Below, piece by piece: positions 45,077-53,147 of a stretch of 64,000 bases of DNA. A program made the position numbers and the translations under genes. The notes beneath the pieces are model-generated. The model saw only the letters and a program-made list of their open reading frames with translations, ran no database searches and was not told where the DNA came from. The stretch's first letter is position 1. Each line of letters begins with the position of its first letter. This DNA is from Thermus sp. (GTDB lineage Bacteria > Deinococcota > Deinococci > Deinococcales > Thermaceae): assembly GCF_039793865.1 (NCBI RefSeq), contig NZ_JBAMMI010000085.1:1101-65100 (forward strand), read 5' to 3'.

Positions 45077-45604
45077 ATGGAAACCTACCCCATCGCCATC
45101 GGCGGCATCACCCGGCACGTGCCCCTGATTGAGCCCTTACCGGGAAGGCGCATTCCCTTGGTGGAGTTCCTAGGGGACCCAGAGCTCACCCGGGCCGCCG
45201 CTTTGGCCTTGAAGCCCCTGGTGCCTTCGGATACCGAGATCCTCTTCACCACCGAGACGAGCCCCATTCCCCTCACCCACGTGCTGGCGGAGGCGTTGGG
45301 CCTGCCCTACGTGGTGGCCAGGAGGCGCCGCCGTCCCTACATGGAAGACCCCATCATCCAGGAGGTCCAGACCCTGACCCTGGGGGTGGGAGAGGTGCTC
45401 TGGCTGGACCGCCGCTTCGCCGAGAAGCTCCTCAACCAGAAGGTGACCCTGGTTTCCGATGTGGTGGCGAGCGGGGAGACCATGAAGGCCATGGAGAGGA
45501 TGGTGGTCCGGGCGGGAGGGCACGTGGTGGGGCGGATCGCCGCCTTTAGGCAGGGAAACCCCTCCTTGGAAGTGGCTACCGTGGCCGAGCTCCCGGTGCT
45601 TTAG
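45077..45604 (+). CDS. Phosphoribosyltransferase-like paralog with degenerate PRPP-binding loop
   Basis: Collinear with the preceding gene (YPxxIxG...PLxHxLxxxxGxPYVVAR+xxxPYM). The PRPP loop reads QKVTLVSDVVASGETM, with SD in place of DD and SGET in place of TGST. AGGAGGAGG Shine-Dalgarno. Confidence 0.75.
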   Translation: METYPIAIGGITRHVPLIEPLPGRRIPLVEFLGDPELTRAAALALKPLVPSDTEILFTTETSPIPLTHVLAEALGLPYVVARRRRRPYMEDPIIQEVQTLTLGVGEVLWLDRRFAEKLLNQKVTLVSDVVASGETMKAMERMVVRAGGHVVGRIAAFRQGNPSLEVATVAELPVL

Positions 45605-45622
45605 AAACGTTGTGGGGGTGTG

Positions 45623-45651
45623 CTGGGGGCTGGATGCTTTCCGGCCCCCAG
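45623..45651 (+). terminator. Candidate terminator hairpin after the PRT pair
   Basis: CTGGGGGC (45623-45630) pairs with GCCCCCAG (45644-45651) around a 13-nt loop, followed by GGGTATTTT. Confidence 0.45.
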
Positions 45652-45675
45652 GGGTATTTTGGGGAAGGGGGTTGC

Positions 45676-47061
45676 ATGAAAGGCATCGGGTTGTTGGCCT
45701 TTTCGGTTTTGGGCGGTCTGGCTTGGGCTGCCTTCTCCGATGTGCCCCAAGGCCCTCTCACGGAGCAGGTGGAGGCGGTGGTGCGGGCCGGGTGGATTCA
45801 GGGGTATCCCGACGGAACCTTTCGCGGGCATGAGGTCTTGAACCGCTACCAGCTGGGGACTGTTTTGGGGCGGGTGCTGAAGGATCTCGGGGTGGAGGGC
45901 AAGCCGGTGGCCTTTAAGGACGTGCCCCCCGGGCATTGGGCCCTGGAGCCCCTATCCTTGGCCGTGGCCTGGGGGCTTGTTACCGGTTACCCCGACGGGA
46001 CCTTTCGGGGGCAGGAGCCCTTGAACCGGGCTGCCTTGGCCGCGGTGCTTGCGCGCATCTTGGAGCGGCTGGGGGTGGCCAGGGAAGCCCTGTTGCCCTG
46101 GGACGTGTCCGAGGTTCACTGGGCAGCCCCGGCGGTGCGCCGGGTGGTGGGGGCGGGGCTTATGGACCTGAACCCGGACGGCTCTTTTGGCCTCGAGGCC
46201 CCGGTCAACCGCTACCAGATGGCCCGGGTCCTGGCTGCCTTGAGGTCCTTGCTGGAGGGGTTGGGCAAGCTTGGACCTAAGACCCAGGAAGCCCAGCCTT
46301 CCCCTCCCTCGCCACCCAGGCAGTCCCCGGGCACCCTTGCCCCAGCGGTGGCCAAGGAGCCCTTGGACCTGCCCGCCAGCTGGGTGGGTATGGCCCGGGG
46401 GCAGGTTTGGGTGGTGGGTGAGAAGGCCTGGCTGTGGGCCGCAGGTGAGGCCAAGGAGGCGGGGCCCGCGGGGGCCGGGGTGGCGTTGCCTCCCTGGCGT
46501 TTGCAAGGGGGTGTCCTGGAGGACGGCAAGAACCGGTATGTTCCCCTAGGGGCGGGCGGGGGCAAAGAGGTCCTTCCTCCGGTGCTCCGCCGAATGGGTG
46601 AGGGGCATTTGGCCCTGGACCCCTCGGGCAACTACCTCTTGCTGGTGAATGCCCGGCCTCTTTGCGATTGCCCAAGCCGGGTGGTGCGCCTGGTGCTTCT
46701 TCTGAGCAACCCCGTGGGCCTGTACGCAGAGTACGCTTACCTTTTGGACGGTCCTGAGGCCGAGGTGGCGGGGGTGGCCTGGCCCGATCCCAAGAACCTG
46801 CTGGTCCTCGAGGCCCAACCGGGAAGTGCCCGCCTGTACCGGGTCGACCTCAACGCCGGGGAGGACATCGCTTTCAGCGCTTGGGACGAAGGGGGTTTGG
46901 AGGAGCGGAACCCCATCCCGGTCCGCCCGGTGGACAAGGTGCTCTTGGCGGAACTCCCCTTGAGCCGACCCAAGGGCTTGGCCCTGGAGGACAAAGATCG
47001 CCTCCTGACGGTGATGGAGGACAAGCTGCAGCGGATTCACCTCCCAAGTGCCCTTTGGTAA
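45676..47061 (+). CDS. Secreted protein with three N-terminal SLH (S-layer homology) domains and an uncharacterised C-terminal domain
   Basis: ATG 45676 gives the signal peptide MKGIGLLAFSVLGGLAWA. Three repeats follow the pattern F(S/K)DVP...G(Y/L)PDG(T/S)F(R/G)...NR(Y/A)(Q/A)(L/M). Confidence 0.8.
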   Translation: MKGIGLLAFSVLGGLAWAAFSDVPQGPLTEQVEAVVRAGWIQGYPDGTFRGHEVLNRYQLGTVLGRVLKDLGVEGKPVAFKDVPPGHWALEPLSLAVAWGLVTGYPDGTFRGQEPLNRAALAAVLARILERLGVAREALLPWDVSEVHWAAPAVRRVVGAGLMDLNPDGSFGLEAPVNRYQMARVLAALRSLLEGLGKLGPKTQEAQPSPPSPPRQSPGTLAPAVAKEPLDLPASWVGMARGQVWVVGEKAWLWAAGEAKEAGPAGAGVALPPWRLQGGVLEDGKNRYVPLGAGGGKEVLPPVLRRMGEGHLALDPSGNYLLLVNARPLCDCPSRVVRLVLLLSNPVGLYAEYAYLLDGPEAEVAGVAWPDPKNLLVLEAQPGSARLYRVDLNAGEDIAFSAWDEGGLEERNPIPVRPVDKVLLAELPLSRPKGLALEDKDRLLTVMEDKLQRIHLPSALW

Positions 47062-47107
47062 AGGGCATAAACTCCCGGTCCAGGAGAGCACCCCGCATGG
47101 AGGGAGT

Positions 47108-47656
47108 TTAGCACCCCTCGGATCCCGGGCCCTGGGCATCCGACCGCCGTACCCCCCTTTCCGTGGCCAGGAAGGCCACGGGAATATCCCAGGGGTCCCG
47201 GGGAAGGCGAGGCAGGAGGAGGGCCTCGGGCACCACCCCCAGGGAGAGGGCCCTCACTCCAAAGAGGAAGCGGTCGTAGTACCCCTTGCCGTGGCCCAGC
47301 CGGAAGCCTTCCCGGTCAAAGGCGAGGCCCGGGACCACGATGAGCTCCAAGACCCCAGGGTCCACGGCCTCGGTGGTGGGCTCCTTAAGGCCGAAGGGCC
47401 CTGGCGCCAAGGGGCCCCAGGGGTGGACGCTTAGGCCCTCCCCGGCCACCTTGGGGAGGTAGTAGCGGACGGGGTAGGCCTCCACCAGGGGGGTGAGGTC
47501 CAGCTCGTGGGGGAGGGGGTGGTAGAGGAGGATGTGACGGAAGCCCCGTTCCCGAAGCCAGGGGAGGAGGGCCGAGAGGACTTGGCGGGAGAGGGTTTCC
47601 CGGTCCAGGGTGCGCCAGACCCGCAGGGCGAGGCGGCGCAGGGCAGGCTTGTCCAC
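47108..47656 (-). CDS. 5-formyltetrahydrofolate cyclo-ligase
   Basis: LIVVPGLAFDREGFRLGHGKGYYDRFL is the MTHFS signature. GTG start. Confidence 0.85.
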   Translation of the reverse strand: MDKPALRRLALRVWRTLDRETLSRQVLSALLPWLRERGFRHILLYHPLPHELDLTPLVEAYPVRYYLPKVAGEGLSVHPWGPLAPGPFGLKEPTTEAVDPGVLELIVVPGLAFDREGFRLGHGKGYYDRFLFGVRALSLGVVPEALLLPRLPRDPWDIPVAFLATERGVRRSDAQGPGSEGC

Positions 47657-47681
47657 GGGGGGAGGGTACTACGTCCCCGCC

Positions 47682-47708
47682 TTGACACTCAAGCTATTGG
47701 AGTGTCAA
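47682..47708. promoter_or_regulatory. Perfect inverted repeat TTGACACTC-N9-GAGTGTCAA (operator-like) carrying a TTGACA -35 hexamer on each strand
   Basis: The arms at 47682-47690 and 47700-47708 are exact reverse complements. The element lies in the 74-bp divergent intergenic region between the MTHFS gene and the FmdB-like gene. Confidence 0.55.
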
Positions 47709-47730
47709 AATGGGTCTAGGAGGGTAGGGT

Positions 47731-47952
47731 ATGCCGGTCTACGTCTACAAGGGCTTGCAGACGGGCAACTACTACGAGTTTGAGCAGGGCTTCCACGACG
47801 AGCCCCTTGCGGCCCATCCCGAGACGGGAGAGCCCCTTAAAAGGGTCATCACCCCGCCCGCCATCATCTTCAAGGGGTCGGGCTGGCACGTGAAGGATTA
47901 CGCCAAGAAGGACGGCGAGGGCAAGTCCGGGGGCGAGGAGAGCAAGGAGTAA
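47731..47952 (+). CDS. FmdB/CxxC_CxxC_SSSS-family homolog in which all four zinc-ribbon cysteines are replaced
   Basis: MPVYVYKG...YEFEQ...HPETGEPLKRVITPPAIIFKGSGWHVKDY aligns with the family consensus MPIYEY+C..CG..FE....CP.CG......I.......KGSGWY.TDY. There are no Cys residues. GGAGGG Shine-Dalgarno lies upstream. Confidence 0.6.
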   Translation: MPVYVYKGLQTGNYYEFEQGFHDEPLAAHPETGEPLKRVITPPAIIFKGSGWHVKDYAKKDGEGKSGGEESKE

Positions 47953-48024
47953 TACCACCCCATGCTGGCGCAAGCCGGCATGGAAACCCGGAAAAGGGGT
48001 CCCAAAGGGCTCTAAGGCTTCACG
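47950..48024 (+). repeat. Copy B of the dispersed roughly 70-nt intergenic repeat
   Basis: The 20-mer is identical to 13656-13675. It carries the hairpin CCATGCTGGC-GCAA-GCCGGCATGG (47960-47983; 10-bp stem with one G-U, GNRA loop). Confidence 0.6.
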
Positions 48025-48048
48025 CCAAAAGGGTATAAGGCCACTTCA

Positions 48049-48066
48049 GGCCGGCGCAAGCCGACC
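48049..48066 (-). terminator. Candidate terminator hairpin abutting the stop of the DUF192 gene
   Basis: The minus strand reads GGTCGGC-TTGC-GCCGGCC, a 7-bp stem with one G-U. It shares the GGCGCAAGCCG core with the hairpin at 47960-47983. Confidence 0.4.
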
Positions 48067-48518
48067 TAGGGCCAGCGCACCCGGTCCCCAGGGGCGAAGG
48101 TAAGGAGCCCCTCCCGCACTTCCAAGGCTCCCCGGTAGGCGGTGCCGGGGGCGTAGGTTTCCCCCGGCCTCAGGTGGGCCACCCGGAGCACCCGGCCTTC
48201 CCCGTCCAGGAAGGCCACCACCACCCCGAAGCGGTACCCCTGGGTGGTGAAGGGGGCGTCGGTGGCCTCGGGGAAGAGGTAGAGGAGGGCCTCGAGGGGC
48301 TCTTGCCGTAGGCCGAGCCCCCGAGCCCAGGCCTCGGGGGTGCGGGCCAGGCGGCCCTTCAGGACCTTGGTGCCTTCCGGGGTCTCCACCCGGATGGGGG
48401 TGGTGGGGGGAGGGGGCGGGAGCCTGCGGAAGGCCAGGAGGTAGCCGAGAAGGGAGAAGACCGAGAGGAGGATAAGGAGGAGGAAGGCGGCGAGGGGGAA
48501 GAGGGGGTTTCGCTCCAC
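48066..48518 (-). CDS. DUF192 (COG1430) family protein with N-terminal membrane anchor
   Basis: A TM helix followed by a divergent DUF192 pattern (ARTPEAWARGLGLR ... LLYLFP ... VVVAFLDGEGRVLRV). Confidence 0.65.
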   Translation of the reverse strand: MERNPLFPLAAFLLLILLSVFSLLGYLLAFRRLPPPPPTTPIRVETPEGTKVLKGRLARTPEAWARGLGLRQEPLEALLYLFPEATDAPFTTQGYRFGVVVAFLDGEGRVLRVAHLRPGETYAPGTAYRGALEVREGLLTFAPGDRVRWP

Positions 48519-48522
48519 TCCA

Positions 48523-48978
48523 CTACCTGGGCCAGAGCCTCAGGGCCTCGCCCCCCACCCGGGCGCCCTCGCTGAGGCCGCGCCTCCGGAACCAGCCCTG
48601 GTTCACCTCGAGGGCCCCCTGGTAGACCACCCCGGGGTAGTAGACGGGACAGGGGTCGGCCCTGCAGGGGGCCATGTCCAGGATGCGGAGGACGATCCCT
48701 TCTCGGTTGAAGAAGGCGATGGAAAGGGGGATGAGGGTGTTCTTCATCCAAAACCCTCCCGCGGTGGGGGTGGGGAAGAGGAAGACCATGCCCTCGTCCT
48801 CTCCTAGGCTTTTCCGGAACATGAGGCCCTGGGCCTGGCGCTCAGGGGTGTCCGCCACCTCCACCTTGAGGGGGTAGCGCTTGCCGTTTCCCTCCACGTA
48901 GAGGGTGCTCCGGGGGAAGGTGAGCCCCTGGGCCAGGGCGAGAAGGCCAAGGAGGGCGAGGAGGACAAGGAGGCGCAT
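48523..48978 (-). CDS. DUF192 (COG1430) family protein, secreted
   Basis: Signal peptide followed by EVADTPERQAQGLMFRKSL...GMVFLFP...FWMKNTLIPLSIAFF, the canonical DUF192 pattern. Confidence 0.75.
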   Translation of the reverse strand: MRLLVLLALLGLLALAQGLTFPRSTLYVEGNGKRYPLKVEVADTPERQAQGLMFRKSLGEDEGMVFLFPTPTAGGFWMKNTLIPLSIAFFNREGIVLRILDMAPCRADPCPVYYPGVVYQGALEVNQGWFRRRGLSEGARVGGEALRLWPR

Positions 48979-48985
48979 AGGCCCA

Positions 48986-50313
<1,328 letters not shown>

Positions 50314-50366
50314 GGGACAAGCTTACCCCAGGGCCCCGGCGCCCCGGTGCGCGAATGACCGGTCAG

Positions 50367-50372
50367 TATCAT
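50367..50372 (+). promoter_or_regulatory. -10 box (TATCAT) 6 nt upstream of ATG 50379; leaderless
   Basis: The plus strand reads GTATCATGGGGGCATG. Confidence 0.4.
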
Positions 50373-50378
50373 GGGGGC

Positions 50379-52184
50379 ATGGAGCCCGAGGTCTTGCTGA
50401 AGCTCCGCTTCCTTTCGGATCTCGTCCCCGGCCCCGAGGGCTTCCCCCTTTTCCTCCTCACCGAGATCCAGGAGGGGGACCCTCCCCGCTACCGTTCCCG
50501 CCTGGCCCTTTTTGACGGGAGCCTGCGCTTCCTCACCCAGGAGGGGGCGAGAAGGCCCCGCTACGCCCACCCGTACGTTTACTTCCTGCGCAAGGTGGGG
50601 GAGGGAGAAGAGCTTTTCCGCCTGGACCTTCGGGGGGGCGAGGCGGAAAGGCTCACGGAGACGGCCGGGGTGCTGGACTACGCCCTGGGCCCGGGGGGCG
50701 AGGTGGTCTTCCTGGCGCTGAAGGAGGCCCCAAGGCCCGGGGCGCCCCGCGTCTTTGAGGGCTGGCCTTTCAAGTTTGACGGGCGAGGCCTCCTCCCCGA
50801 GGGAAACGTGGCCCTTTACGCCTTGGAGAAGGGGAGGCCCCGTCTCCTCCTGGACCGCTACCCCGCCCCCAAGGAAATGGTTTACGCCCCCGAGGGCCTT
50901 TATTTGGTGATGCCCGAGGACCTCGAGGCCCAGATGGAGGGTCGGGATGCCCTCTACCTCCTCCGGGAGGGGCGCTTGGAGAGGGTCTACGGGGGTGTGG
51001 GCCCCATCTTCGGCCTGGAGTGGAGCCCAGAGGGCCTCTTCTTCCTGGGGCACGCCTTTGAGCGGGGCGGGGGGACGGAGGCGAGGCTTTACCACCTCAA
51101 GGGGGGCGAGGCCCGGGTGCTCCTGGAGGGGAGCCTAGGGAACTCCCTGAACTCCGACCTCCGCTTTGGCCAGCACGCCCAAGGCCCCAAGTGGGGCGGG
51201 GACGGGGTCTACGTGGTGCGCACCGAGGCCGGGAGGGCGAGGCTTTACCGGGTGGACCTGGAGGGGAGGGTGGAGGCCCTCACCGAGGAGGGAAGCGTTC
51301 TCGCCTTCGCCCTCACGGAGCGGGGGCTCTTCCTCCTCAAGGAGGGCCTCACCCGCCCGGCCCGCCTCGAGGGCCCCTTGGGCACCTTTGACCCCAACGC
51401 CGGGGTCTTGGACCTGGCCGAGCCCCTCTACACCGAGTGGACAAGCCCCGAGGGGCACGAGGTCCCGGGGTGGGTCCTTCTGCCCGAGGGGGAGGGGCCC
51501 CACCCGGTGATCCTCTACATCCACGGGGGGCCCCACACCGCCTTCGGCGAGGCCCCCATGCTGGAGTTCCAGCTCTTCCTCCGGGCGGGCTACGCCGTGG
51601 CCTTCTCCAACCCCCGGGGCTCCACGGGCTACGGCCAGGACTTCGCCCTCCTGGAGGGAGAGTGGGGGGAGCGGGACGAGCGGGACCTCCTGGGCTTCCT
51701 GGACCACGTGCTCGCCCACTTTCCCCTGGACCCTAAGCGGGTGGGGGTGGCGGGGGGAAGCTACGGGGGGTACATGACGAACTGGCTCACGGCCCGCCAC
51801 CCCGAGCGCTTCCGGGCGGCGGTCACCGACCGGAGCATCTGCAACTGGCTGAGCTTCTTCGGGGCGAGCGACATCGGCCCCCGGTTCACCTACCTGGAGC
51901 TTGGGGCCAGGCCCTGGGAAAGGCCCGAGGTGCTCTGGGAGAAGAGCCCCCTCCGCTTCGTCCACCGGGTCCGGACCCCCACCCTCGTGGTCCACTCGGA
52001 GGCCGACCACCGCTGTCCCATAGACCAGGGGGAGACCTGGTACACGGCCCTCCTCCACCTCGGGGTGCGGACCCGCTTCTTCCGGGTGCCGGAGGAGGGG
52101 CACGAGCTTTCCCGCTCGGGCCGGCCGGACCGAAGGATCGCCCGGCTTAGGGCCTACCTGGACTGGTGGCGGGAAAACCTGTAG
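50379..52184 (+). CDS. S9-family serine peptidase (acylaminoacyl-peptidase/prolyl oligopeptidase-like)
   Basis: N-terminal beta-propeller region and a C-terminal alpha/beta hydrolase with the nucleophile elbow GGSYGGYM, Asp (SEADHRC) and His (EEGHEL). ATG 50379 is preferred over the track start 50355. Confidence 0.85.
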   Translation: MEPEVLLKLRFLSDLVPGPEGFPLFLLTEIQEGDPPRYRSRLALFDGSLRFLTQEGARRPRYAHPYVYFLRKVGEGEELFRLDLRGGEAERLTETAGVLDYALGPGGEVVFLALKEAPRPGAPRVFEGWPFKFDGRGLLPEGNVALYALEKGRPRLLLDRYPAPKEMVYAPEGLYLVMPEDLEAQMEGRDALYLLREGRLERVYGGVGPIFGLEWSPEGLFFLGHAFERGGGTEARLYHLKGGEARVLLEGSLGNSLNSDLRFGQHAQGPKWGGDGVYVVRTEAGRARLYRVDLEGRVEALTEEGSVLAFALTERGLFLLKEGLTRPARLEGPLGTFDPNAGVLDLAEPLYTEWTSPEGHEVPGWVLLPEGEGPHPVILYIHGGPHTAFGEAPMLEFQLFLRAGYAVAFSNPRGSTGYGQDFALLEGEWGERDERDLLGFLDHVLAHFPLDPKRVGVAGGSYGGYMTNWLTARHPERFRAAVTDRSICNWLSFFGASDIGPRFTYLELGARPWERPEVLWEKSPLRFVHRVRTPTLVVHSEADHRCPIDQGETWYTALLHLGVRTRFFRVPEEGHELSRSGRPDRRIARLRAYLDWWRENL

Positions 52185-52195
52185 GGCCGGGGGGC

Positions 52196-52462
52196 CTAGG
52201 CCTGGTTCTCCGCCACGGGCTCGGGGATGGGGCCGAAGGTCTCCTCGTAGCGGGCCACGTTTTCCGCCAGGCTCCTTAGGAGGGCCTTGGCGTGCTGGGG
52301 GCTGGTGATGACCCGGCTCACCACCATGGCCCCGCCCTGGGGCTGGAGCAGGGCGAAGTCCAGGATGAACTCGTTCTTGGTGTGGGCGATGAGGGCCAGG
52401 TTGGTGTAGCGGCCTAGGGCGGTGTCCTTGTCTATCTGGATGTCCAACTTGAGTTCGCTCAT
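52196..52462 (-). CDS. DUF3467 family protein
   Basis: GRYTNLALIAHTKNEFILDFALLQP...VVSRVITSPQHAKALLRSLAENVARYEETFGPI matches the DUF3467 pattern. The start overlaps the upstream stop as ATGA. Confidence 0.7.
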   Translation of the reverse strand: MSELKLDIQIDKDTALGRYTNLALIAHTKNEFILDFALLQPQGGAMVVSRVITSPQHAKALLRSLAENVARYEETFGPIPEPVAENQA

Positions 52463-52809
52463 TTAAGGGCCTCCTCTAGCTTGGGCAACACCCTTTTTAG
52501 GGTGAGCCGTGCCCGGCCTAGGCTTTTCACCCCGTCCAGGAAAAGGAGAAGGTGATGCCCAGGAAGGGGCGCCAAAAGCAGCGCCCCTTCTGGGTACTCT
52601 ATCATGACCTCTTCCAGGTCTTCCTGGCCCAAGCCCTGGGCCAGGGCCTGGGCCGTGCCCAAGGCGGTGGCGGCCCGGGCGGAGAGGAGGCCGGGCTCCG
52701 GAGCCCCCTCCTCGCGAACCTCCTCCACCACAAAGCCGTCCTCGCTGAGCAGGGCCGCCACCCGCACTCCCCGGGTGGCCTTGAGTTCCTTGAGGGCTTC
52801 CTCCACCAT
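52459..52809 (-). CDS. Roadblock/LC7 (MglB-like) domain protein, paralog C
   Basis: GVRVAALLSEDGFVVEE ... AATALGTAQALAQGLG ... LLLFLDGVKSLGRARL follows the Robl alpha-beta-alpha pattern; 116 aa. Confidence 0.7.
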   Translation of the reverse strand: MVEEALKELKATRGVRVAALLSEDGFVVEEVREEGAPEPGLLSARAATALGTAQALAQGLGQEDLEEVMIEYPEGALLLAPLPGHHLLLFLDGVKSLGRARLTLKRVLPKLEEALK

Positions 52810-52817
52810 CTCTCCTC

Positions 52818-53147
52818 CTAGAGGCCCTGCACCTTTAGGGCGATGCGGGAAAGCTCCTGGCCGATGGCCTTGCGGTCCATGCCCCGTTCGATCACTGCCC
52901 CCAGGATGTACTCCCCCACCCTCAGGGCCAGCACCTCCTGCTGGTCCGTGGCCAGGGTGAAGCGGCGCACGTCCCCCGAGAGGGCCTCGGCCAGAGGGGC
53001 CATGTGGCGCACCAGGGAGGCGAGCTCCGCCGCCAGGACCTCGGCGGGGGGGGCGCCCCGGCCCAGGGCCTCAATCACCAGGCCGTCCAGCCCCGTGAGG
53101 ACCGCCCGCCGCACCCCTAGGGGGGCCAGGCTTTCTAGGTAAGCCAT
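52818..53147 (-). CDS. Roadblock/LC7 domain protein, paralog B
   Basis: ATG 53147 is preceded by GGGAGGTG. VRRAVLTGLDGLVIEALG ... AAELASLVRHMAPLAEAL ... ILGAVIERGMDRKAIGQEL. Confidence 0.65.
   Translation of the reverse strand: MAYLESLAPLGVRRAVLTGLDGLVIEALGRGAPPAEVLAAELASLVRHMAPLAEALSGDVRRFTLATDQQEVLALRVGEYILGAVIERGMDRKAIGQELSRIALKVQGL

Noticed and set aside
47059-47100. Long-loop inverted repeat TAAACTCCC-N25-GGGAGTTTA between the convergent SLH-protein and MTHFS genes, as a bidirectional terminator.
   Set aside because: The 9-bp stem is real, but the 25-nt loop makes a weak hairpin and there is no U-tract on either side. It is kept only as a note, not as a feature.
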